Program-made: the position numbers and the translations under genes | Notes under the pieces: model-generated | Seen by the model: the letters and a program-made list of their open reading frames with translations, nothing else | What the model was told of the DNA's origin: nothing | Databases searched by the model: none | Origin: an uncultured cyanobacterium | GTDB taxonomy: Bacteria; Cyanobacteriota; Cyanobacteriia; Cyanobacteriales; Nostocaceae | Assembly: GCA_963706595.1 (NCBI GenBank) | Contig: OY970166.1 | Location: forward strand, 864,001-928,000 | Reading direction: 5' to 3' | DNA length: 64,000 bases | In this document: positions 57,001 to 64,000 of the stretch, piece after piece | How the letters are laid out: the number at the start of each line of letters is the position of its first letter | Numbering within the stretch: position 1 is the stretch's first letter

Positions 57001-57113
57001 CGAGCCGGAGGTGTTTGTTCCAGAACGGCTTTTTTTTGCTCAAGGGCGATGGCGATCGCCGTTTGCATCCCCATATTCTCTTGTTGTAGAGTGTTGATGT
57101 CTTCTTGCAGCAT
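54018..57113 (-). CDS. multi-GAF HisKA_3 sensor histidine kinase
   Basis: ERNRMAREIHD, QEALTNAVKY, DNGQGF; repeated GAF domains; no obvious TM helix. Confidence 0.93.
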   Translation of the reverse strand: MLQEDINTLQQENMGMQTAIAIALEQKKAVLEQTPPARLLSATAAATTALLTIDNFDAAVNTALQIMGESLDCDRVTVIENFQFPSNPTVAHWRLLYEWTSCDTVSQISDPDVAQGTWEGIEAWYERCRQGDSISYLLEEMPEPFRSGQAAIGVKALYGVPIFVENQYWGVVGFDDCRAAKRRNLAELDVLKTAATCIGSAIQRKRREQALLQAEQARVAELARVNAQLTQLNQELLERKTQQEVLFSISQAIAKVQNHKQLLKVIYEQIKPVFPYDNAGLFVLDQTGEHIYEILDDQVLPDAIQTQLTQAGLLGFFPFLGHKPQAWIYAESPVICSLPEQAEYFLKSCRGQFEIGINAGLQQMIGGSLYCGGKKIGMLSFNSQQRNFYSEQHISLFKGISDLVAIAVANILANEGIVQRETQLLAAQQALLQAEQKRVAELATANLSLQQRDSLLSVVAQITKDLLKTEDIDVAIPTALETVGKLVNMSRAVLILEHQDPSTQRLKHCVIYEWVAAGIADHDSVGMSIMDNDNFQVMIQPLYQGQSMWRVIDELPVITRQQFDKLQIKSTGVVPIFIEGSYIGCVGFDDCVTPRQWNQQEIDVLTAAAESIGAALHRKQLVECLITERARIAEKRVAELAKANESLRGCVNRLADQPDCETFWEHILLEASAQINSYAAALFLYDQSSNTRVMKRYVREGKVLPIKTTPELSQFKKAIPGDIASFWEKALFQGEPVLFNLDNWDERVSPRMKWHQNQGHRSILRVPLILGDRPLGFIGFCFREARTSLPENMELIMALAQQATLAIQLTNLAEQGRQAAILEERNRMAREIHDTLAQAFTGVIIQLGAASRIITDESADVQAHINQARDLAREGLAEARRSVNALRPQILETSNLRKAFNRLAAQMSAIDTQIICTVIGEVYRLSIDRENNLLRIGQEALTNAVKYAQASEIQIELVYQPTEFILRVKDNGQGFEMDSLSMVQGFGLISMKERCDRISANLTIQSIPGQGTEIMILIDNDAKNLDSHLNC

Positions 57114-57323
57114 AAGTCACTCGGTAAACAGTAGAATCTTTCCTTACTGTCACCTGAGATAGCTCGTTTTGACAACCAAATCAAAGATATCGTCCAAAGC
57201 AACCAGTAATTTGCTAAATTTTGCTAAATTAAAAACAGTTTGAGTTAAAAGCTAATTAACCCAATTCGGGAATTTTTTCCGAGTTGGCAACATTTACCAA
57301 ATTTAGGCTACTGCCGCAACGCC

Positions 57324-59576
57324 GTGATTAGTGGAATCTTAAAAAAACTTCGAGCTGCGTTTGCTAAAGACAAGACTTACCGCGATACCTCTCCCCACAA
57401 GCCCTGGTTACAAGTGATTTTGTTCACCAGCCTGGGAGTGACAGCTTTGGTATGGGGAGTTAGGGAATTGAAATGGTTACAGCCTTGGGAATTAAAAGCT
57501 TATGATCAAATGCTGCGATCGCGTCCTCTGGAACCACACGATCCCCGCATCTTATTAGTGGAAATTACTCAAGAAGATTTAGCACAAGAGCAATGGCCTT
57601 TATCAAATGAGACAGTCAATCAACTGTTGCTCAAACTAGAATCTCATCAACCCAGTGTTATTGGTCTCCATTTTAACCGACCAAATCAGGAAATTTTCAC
57701 GGACAATCTTAAAAATCACAAAAATATTATTAGCACTTGCTTATTTAGTAGCATAGACAGACTCGAAATTCCCCCACCACCGAATTTTCCTGAAGATAAT
57801 TTAGGCTTTAAAGACTTAATTACTGACTACGAATCAGACCAAATTATCCGCCGCAGTTTATTATTTGCCCATTCTCAAGACAGCAAATGTACAACTTCTT
57901 TCTCCTTTGCTGCTAGATTGGCGGTTAATTATCTAGAAAAATTGGGTTTTCCCATTGAGTTTCTTGATCAATATAATTTCTCTATCGGTGAAACTCGCTT
58001 TTCTACCCTCAAAGCCAATTCCGGTAGTTATAAAAAACTGGATGCAGCAGGTTACCAAATACTATTAAATTATCGCCATAATGATCGCATAGCGCCGAAA
58101 GTCACTCTGACACAAGTGCTTAATAATCAATTCGACCCGGATTTAGTCAAAGATAAGGTAGTAATTATCGGCACAACTGCGCCCAGTGTTAACCCTGGCT
58201 TAAATACACCTTATAATGCTGCACCAGATCAACCATCTAGAACCCCTACCGTCTTAATTCATGCACAAATAGCCAGTCAAATTCTCAGTACAGTGCTGGA
58301 TGGACGACCTCTGATTTGGTACTGGTCGGAAGGGGTGGAAATCCTCTGGCTGTGTAGCTGGTCAACCATAGGTACTATTGTCGGGTGGCGACTACGAAAT
58401 CCTTTGTTGTTGCTAGTGACGGGAGGTGCAAGTTTAGCTGGCTTGGTGGTAATCTGCATCTTCGTATTTTTCCAAGCTGGTTGGATACCTGTGATCCCCC
58501 CAGCGATCGCTTTAATTGTGAGCAGTGTGAGTACAATGATTTATACCACCTACAAAAATCAGCAGCAAACAAAGATTATACTGTTACAAATTGCACAACA
58601 ACAGTCAGCAATTGAACAGTTGAATATGCTTTTACAAGACACCACAACTACGGCAATTCATGACTTACATATTCACACCAAATCTACACCCATCATCCCA
58701 GAACACAGCACTGGTGATTTGCTTTTGGGTGGACGTTACCAAATTTCCAAAATTTTAGGATCTGGGGGATTTGGTCGGACTTACATAGCACAAGATACTC
58801 AGCGACCGGGTAATCCTGTTTGTGTCGTTAAACAATTAATGCCAGCACGCCAAGATTCAAAATTTTTGGAAGTTGCTAGAAGGTTATTTAATACTGAAGC
58901 GGAAATTTTAGAAATCTTGGGAAAACATCAGCAAATCCCCGAACTACTAGCTTATTTTGAAGATAATCAAGAATTTTATTTAATCCAAGAATACATTCCT
59001 GGGCATACCCTGAATGAGGAATTACCACCTGTGCAGGTTGTACAGAATGAAGCTTTTGTGATTGATATGCTCAAGGGTGTTTTAGAAGTCCTAATATTTA
59101 TGCATCAGCGTCGGATAATTCACCGAGATATCAAACCAACTAATATTATTAGATGTTCTGAAGATCATCGACTGGTGTTAATTGACTTTGGTGCAGTCAA
59201 GTTGATGCAACCCCCAAATAGCGAGGAAACAGAGTTAGCAACTGTCGCCATTGGGACAAGGGGCTATACTCCACCAGAGCAATTTGCAGGTCATCCCCGC
59301 TTGTGTAGTGATATTTACGCCTTGGGAATTATCGGTATTCAAGCTATGACTGGAATACCACCCCAAGAACTCAAGCCAGATTTAGATACAGGTAATATTC
59401 AGTGGCGACAAACAGCCCAAGTTAGTGACGAATTAGCAGCAATCTTAGATAAAATGGTACGTTATCATTTTAGCGATCGCTATCAAACCGCAGCCGAGGT
59501 TATGCAAGATTTAAATCACCTGACTAATTCCACATCTGTCACCTCTTATAAAGTTTCTTCAATCCTCAAATCCTAG
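57324..59576 (+). CDS. CHASE2-domain Ser/Thr protein kinase
   Basis: ELKAYDQMLR..IHAQIASQI CHASE2 region, 3 TM helices, GSGGFG, HRDIKP, DFG. Confidence 0.93.
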   Translation: MISGILKKLRAAFAKDKTYRDTSPHKPWLQVILFTSLGVTALVWGVRELKWLQPWELKAYDQMLRSRPLEPHDPRILLVEITQEDLAQEQWPLSNETVNQLLLKLESHQPSVIGLHFNRPNQEIFTDNLKNHKNIISTCLFSSIDRLEIPPPPNFPEDNLGFKDLITDYESDQIIRRSLLFAHSQDSKCTTSFSFAARLAVNYLEKLGFPIEFLDQYNFSIGETRFSTLKANSGSYKKLDAAGYQILLNYRHNDRIAPKVTLTQVLNNQFDPDLVKDKVVIIGTTAPSVNPGLNTPYNAAPDQPSRTPTVLIHAQIASQILSTVLDGRPLIWYWSEGVEILWLCSWSTIGTIVGWRLRNPLLLLVTGGASLAGLVVICIFVFFQAGWIPVIPPAIALIVSSVSTMIYTTYKNQQQTKIILLQIAQQQSAIEQLNMLLQDTTTTAIHDLHIHTKSTPIIPEHSTGDLLLGGRYQISKILGSGGFGRTYIAQDTQRPGNPVCVVKQLMPARQDSKFLEVARRLFNTEAEILEILGKHQQIPELLAYFEDNQEFYLIQEYIPGHTLNEELPPVQVVQNEAFVIDMLKGVLEVLIFMHQRRIIHRDIKPTNIIRCSEDHRLVLIDFGAVKLMQPPNSEETELATVAIGTRGYTPPEQFAGHPRLCSDIYALGIIGIQAMTGIPPQELKPDLDTGNIQWRQTAQVSDELAAILDKMVRYHFSDRYQTAAEVMQDLNHLTNSTSVTSYKVSSILKS

Positions 59577-59616
59577 AGGAATTTACACTATTTAAAACCG
59601 CAAATCCCAAATTTCT

Positions 59617-60645
59617 ATGACTGATGGTAAAGAAACTGCAATTGCAGGTATATATGAAGTATGTATTGGCGTTCCCGACCCAATTTTTGCAATTCAATAT
59701 TGGGAGCAATTTGGCTATCGCATCGGACAAGTGGGAGAATTACCCGCAGATGCAGCCTATCCATTATATGGGGTGAATTCTTCCTTACGTTCAATTCGCC
59801 TCTATCACCAAAATGCCGATCATGGTTTGATTAGGTTGATGGTTTGGCAAAAGCCCACAAATCAGGGATTAGGGTTAGCTTCAATGAAAGTGAAGGGAAA
59901 TCGCTGGGCGACAACTTTAACTGCTGATATTTTAACCATTTTAAATCATGCGGAGGATGCAAAAGCCGGACGTTGGGCGATTAAATATACCCATCCTCAC
60001 TGGGAAGTCATCTACAACAAAGAGCGAAAAAGCCGACCTTTTACAGACCCGTCGGTGGGAGTGCGAGAAATGCTCTTACTGCAACCCTTAACTAGACAAG
60101 TTTTATTTCAAAGGTTTGGTTATACATTGCCAGATTACGGTGAAATTAACCATAATGCTGCTTTCAAAACTAGCCAGTGTACCCATGCGGGCTTGATTGT
60201 GCAGGATGATAGTAAGCGAATCTTGAAATTTTATGAAGAAGTTTTAGGCTTGCTGCGTGTACGTGATGATGTGGAAACCAGCTATGAATCTTCACCAGCC
60301 GGGCGAGAAATGTTTGACCTCAAACCAGGTGAAAAGTTTATTGTCACAGCCTTTGATGACCCTCGTTCCTCCCAGACTGATTTAATGGCGGCGCGGAGTG
60401 GGAGACTTTACATCATTCGATTTCCAGAAGCGATGAATTTAGAATCCCGCTTTGAGTCATCGCAACCGGGCTGTTTAGGAATTTCACTTTATACATACCG
60501 GATACAGGGAATAGAAGAATATTGCGATCGCATCCAAGCCAGTTCAGTCCTGAAGTATACTAACATCATCGAAAATGAGTTTAGAGAGAAAAGTTTTTCC
60601 TTTGTCGCACCAGATGGCTATTTCTGGAATTTAGTAGAAGCTTGA
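59617..60645 (+). CDS. VOC/glyoxalase-superfamily protein
   Basis: FYEEVLGL and SFVAPDGYFW patterns. Confidence 0.7.
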   Translation: MTDGKETAIAGIYEVCIGVPDPIFAIQYWEQFGYRIGQVGELPADAAYPLYGVNSSLRSIRLYHQNADHGLIRLMVWQKPTNQGLGLASMKVKGNRWATTLTADILTILNHAEDAKAGRWAIKYTHPHWEVIYNKERKSRPFTDPSVGVREMLLLQPLTRQVLFQRFGYTLPDYGEINHNAAFKTSQCTHAGLIVQDDSKRILKFYEEVLGLLRVRDDVETSYESSPAGREMFDLKPGEKFIVTAFDDPRSSQTDLMAARSGRLYIIRFPEAMNLESRFESSQPGCLGISLYTYRIQGIEEYCDRIQASSVLKYTNIIENEFREKSFSFVAPDGYFWNLVEA

Positions 60646-60665
60646 GAGTAGCATAAATTTTTGTC

Positions 60666-61640
60666 ATGAATGAAGTAACTGCTAATTATGATGAATCTTG
60701 GAAAGAAGCATTAACCGAATATTTTGAAAGCTTCTTGACATTCTTTTTTCCTGAAGTCCATCAATTAATTGATTGGACACAAACTCCTCAGTCCTTAGAT
60801 AAAGAACTACAGGAGATTACGGCTTCATCAGAAACAGAAAAACGGATTGCTGACCAACTTTATCAAGTTTGGTTACTTGACAAACGAGAAGTTTGGATAT
60901 TAATTCATGTGGAAATTCAAAGTCAATATGAAGTAGATTTTGGGCAACGGATGTACATTTATAATTATCGTTCCTTTGATCTGTATCACAAACCTGTAGT
61001 TAGTTTAGCTGTTTTAGGTGATGAAAGGAATAATTGGCGACCCAGTGCTTATGCTTATTCCCTTGGGGGGTGTGAAGTTAGTCTCAAATTCCCCATTGCT
61101 AAACTGCTTGACTATGAATCACGTTGGCAGGAATTAGAATCTAGTGACAATCCCTTTGCTATCATAGTAATGGCGCATTTAAAAACTAAAGCAACCACTG
61201 GGAATTTATCAGAACGGGAGCAATGGAAATGGACATTAATTCGCGGACTTTATGATCGAGGCTTAACAAAACCACAAATTGTTAAACTCTTTAAAATCAT
61301 TGACAAAATGATGAGTTTACCTGAGCAATTGCAGCAAAATTTATTAAACCAACTTAACAGCTTAGAGGAGGAAAGAAAAATGCCTTTTATCAGTCCTACA
61401 GAAGAAATGGCAATAGAACGAGGTAAAGAAATTGGCAAGGAAATAGGGGCTTTACAAAATGCTCGTGATAATGTCAAAACTGTTTTGCAAACTCGACTAG
61501 GTGAGGTTTCTTTAGAGATTATAGTATCTCTATCTCACATTTCTAATCTATCTATTTTGGATGAAATGTTGAAATTGGCAGTAACAGTTAATTCTTTAGA
61601 CGATTTTAAACAGGCTTTGGCATCGGTAATATCGAAATAA
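60666..61640 (+). CDS. Rpn/YhgA-like PD-(D/E)xK protein
   Basis: YDESWKEAL, LDKELQ, ILIHVEIQ, RMYIYNYR. Confidence 0.8.
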   Translation: MNEVTANYDESWKEALTEYFESFLTFFFPEVHQLIDWTQTPQSLDKELQEITASSETEKRIADQLYQVWLLDKREVWILIHVEIQSQYEVDFGQRMYIYNYRSFDLYHKPVVSLAVLGDERNNWRPSAYAYSLGGCEVSLKFPIAKLLDYESRWQELESSDNPFAIIVMAHLKTKATTGNLSEREQWKWTLIRGLYDRGLTKPQIVKLFKIIDKMMSLPEQLQQNLLNQLNSLEEERKMPFISPTEEMAIERGKEIGKEIGALQNARDNVKTVLQTRLGEVSLEIIVSLSHISNLSILDEMLKLAVTVNSLDDFKQALASVISK

Positions 61641-61819
61641 TCCACAGCATTCTACAGCAAGTTTTAGGGATAGCCGCCTGCCGCTTGCTGTGACTGTTGT
61701 TACCGAGAGAATATGATTTTTTACGGTTTTCCTCCCTTGTCTGTCCCTCACGAGAATGTAAAATACTTCCCACCCTACAATTTTTGGGTAATTTATTTTT
61801 TGGTGTTCCCTAATAATAC

Positions 61820-61890
61820 AAGCCCCCAGATTTATCAGTGGAATCAATCCAAAATCCAAAATCCAAAATCTAAAATCTAAAATCTAAAAT
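61820..61890. repeat. dispersed element with (T/C)AAAATC heptamers
   Basis: related reverse-orientation copies at ~32150-32210 and ~51663-51724. Confidence 0.7.
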
Positions 61891-61968
61891 TTTTCTCCTT
61901 CTCTCTCAGCCCGGAAAGCAGGTCGAGATTATGGAATATGTACCAGTAACCGACCAAAACATTTTGCT

Positions 61969-62511
61969 GTGCTAATGAGAAATTGGACTGCTACGATTAT
62001 CATAAGTTCTTCTTTGCTGATATCTGGATTCATAGCTTCTCAAGCCTTGTCTTCTTTAGCAAATCATAGCGTAGCGTCTTCTGGGTCAATCTCTCAATCA
62101 AGCTACACTAAACCGATTACCGCCAGTAAAGCTGAATTTGGAGTGCTGAGAGTTAATGCCAAAAATCAAGGCAAATTTACTCCTACCAACAGAGTACTGT
62201 TGTATCAGGGTGGTAAATACGGGTGGCGGATTCAACTGAAGAACTACAAAGGCAAAGTAACATGGAAAGAAATTCTGCGATTGCCGAAACCTCCAGAAAC
62301 CTGGGCTACAGATGATGGTCAAAGTTTGTCGTTATCAGCTAATGGCGTTGAAGCTGTAACAAACCGGACAGTATTCACGAATGATGGCAAAATTGAGAAT
62401 TTCTGGACAATGGTTCCCGGAGACCCTGGTGGTAAGCATCAAATCCAGGTTTACATTGATAACCGTCTCATTAGTTCCTTCGATTTTGAAGTGATTTCAC
62501 TGAGAAAGTAA
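61969..62511 (+). CDS. exported hypothetical protein
   Basis: N-terminal hydrophobic segment; YGWRI..WKEILRLP..GDPGG. Confidence 0.7.
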   Translation: MLMRNWTATIIISSSLLISGFIASQALSSLANHSVASSGSISQSSYTKPITASKAEFGVLRVNAKNQGKFTPTNRVLLYQGGKYGWRIQLKNYKGKVTWKEILRLPKPPETWATDDGQSLSLSANGVEAVTNRTVFTNDGKIENFWTMVPGDPGGKHQIQVYIDNRLISSFDFEVISLRK

Positions 62512-62579
62512 ACCTCCTCGACCCTCTTTTAATACCATTGCAGACTGTTCTAAAAATAGAGATTTCATTACCGAAACTC

Positions 62580-62948
62580 ATGGATGCTAACGAATTAATC
62601 CGACTGTATAACGCCGGCCAGAGATATTTTCCCGCCGTCAACCTCTGTAGAGTCAAGCTGATTGCCGCCTACTTGCCTGGAATCAATTTGTGGGGAGCAG
62701 ACTTGAGTGGAGCTAACCTAGCTAAAGCCAAACTTTGGGGAGCAGATTTAAGTCAAGCTAACCTAGCCAATGCGAACTTAACTAAAGCTAACTTGTCTGG
62801 CGTTAAACTGAATGAGGCCAATCTCCGAGGGGCGAAACTCAATTTAGCCAAGTTTTATGGTGCTGATTTGAGTGGGGCTTATTATGATGACAGCACCCGG
62901 TTTTCTCGAGGCTTTGACCCCAAAAGTCAAAATATGCAGAAATTTTAA
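62580..62948 (+). CDS. pentapeptide repeat protein
   Basis: A(D/N)Lxx repeats after MDANELIRLYNAGQRYF. Confidence 0.92.
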   Translation: MDANELIRLYNAGQRYFPAVNLCRVKLIAAYLPGINLWGADLSGANLAKAKLWGADLSQANLANANLTKANLSGVKLNEANLRGAKLNLAKFYGADLSGAYYDDSTRFSRGFDPKSQNMQKF

Positions 62949-63016
62949 CAGTTAACAGTTATCAGTTACCAGTTATCAGTCAAGAGAGATAATTGGGTTT
63001 TAACTATACGCCGTGT

Positions 63017-63832
63017 TTACTGTTCCTCTGCTTCCGGAAGGGGGAAAATTTCGCCAGCTAAGTACGCTTGAAAGTGTTTTTGAAAGTACAGCCAAGAGGT
63101 CATGTCTTCACCATCTAATAAGGCCTTTGGGGCTTGCTTGTACAGGGGAACACGGGTATTAATTTCATTTTGAAGCAACTGGGGTAATTCTGTCAAACCA
63201 TTTACTTTACTTCCCGAAGCACTGTAAATCAGATAACCAGAGCTATTGCCCATTTTCATCCAGGGCAACCATTGACCTATTCTATCCCAACCGAGTCTAA
63301 GTTGAGACACAGAATCTAGTTCTGAGTTCAATAAATCTACTGTTGGTACAGCTAATTTAAATAGTTCCGTGGCTTGATAAATTGGATATGGGCTGTATGC
63401 AGCAAACTTGGGGTCTTCTGCCAGTAAATTAGGATATGTGGGAAAAATATCAAAAACAAAAGTTGTCGTATCTCCCTCAACTTGGGCGGGAAATTTGCCT
63501 TCAAACTGCCCCTGCACGGGATTATTAGCAACGTGGAGTACAGGTACTGTTTCACCTGTCCAGGGGTTCTCCCAGTACCGCAGAATCTCGCCTGTTTGTG
63601 GGTCTAGGTAGTAAGTCAGTTCCCTAGAAGTAAAATCCCAGCTACCCTCTGCTATGGGAATGCATCTACTGACACTGACTCCCAACATTTTAAACAGCAG
63701 TTTTCTTTTTTCACCAGGAATAAAACTGTAAATCTTACCTGTCCAGGTGAGGAATGTAGATTTCGTCGAGTCAAGGGAAGAACGAGTCTTTACCCATTGC
63801 TGGGCATCAAATTCTTGAACTTGGGCAACCAT
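63017..63832 (-). CDS. DUF1838-family protein
   Basis: YYLDPQTGE..WENPWTGE..HVANNPV, WLPWMKMG; AAGGAG RBS. Confidence 0.8.
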   Translation of the reverse strand: MVAQVQEFDAQQWVKTRSSLDSTKSTFLTWTGKIYSFIPGEKRKLLFKMLGVSVSRCIPIAEGSWDFTSRELTYYLDPQTGEILRYWENPWTGETVPVLHVANNPVQGQFEGKFPAQVEGDTTTFVFDIFPTYPNLLAEDPKFAAYSPYPIYQATELFKLAVPTVDLLNSELDSVSQLRLGWDRIGQWLPWMKMGNSSGYLIYSASGSKVNGLTELPQLLQNEINTRVPLYKQAPKALLDGEDMTSWLYFQKHFQAYLAGEIFPLPEAEEQ

Positions 63833-64000
63833 ATATTGTCTCCTTATGAATGCGGATTTAATAAAATACATAACCTCACCCCCAACCCCTCTCCTTACTA
63901 AGGAGAGGGGAGACTTTGACGCAACTTTTTAGGCGAGGTGAGGTCAAAAACCAGAATTTGGATGTTATTTAATTCATATTCCTTAGTCATTGGTCATTGG

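Noticed and set aside
60666..61640. Active transposon around the Rpn-like gene
   Set aside because: No terminal inverted repeats or target duplication; such genes are common and multicopy in cyanobacteria

Overview
Chromosomal segment of a heterocyst-forming (Nostocales-type) cyanobacterium, judged from abundant HIP1 octamers (GCGATCGC), heptamer tandem repeats (STRRs) and conserved gene blocks. Core genes include gatA, psb32, a KtrAB/TrkAH potassium transporter, tocopherol genes, the ado-aar-accA-SDR-folE-trpF-psaK-psaK-M50 block, ligA and truB. Accessory material: (i) an EcaI/BstEII-like type II restriction-modification locus led by an excisionase-type HTH gene whose promoter carries ~9-10 bp periodic direct repeats, with an in-frame TGA at codon 6 of the endonuclease; (ii) a patch of two toxin-antitoxin pairs, a Uma2 gene and a cas-less CRISPR array of 9 repeats and 8 spacers; (iii) a redox cluster (multi-GAF histidine kinase, NarL regulator, DsbA, YcaC-like hydrolase, heme catalase, old yellow enzyme) interrupted by a MITE and a PIN toxin-antitoxin pair. 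Other signals: a 3 x 185 bp tandem amplification capturing the 3' ends of two convergent genes, a candidate sRNA with a DIF1-like promoter and anti-Shine-Dalgarno motif, a double-glycine-leader peptide, an orphan plasmid-type MobD-like ATPase, several MITEs, a 24-bp in-frame insertion at a HIP1 site, and three single-base frameshifts (nagB, an HTH gene, catalase). Family assignments come from motif recognition and memory, not from database searches.
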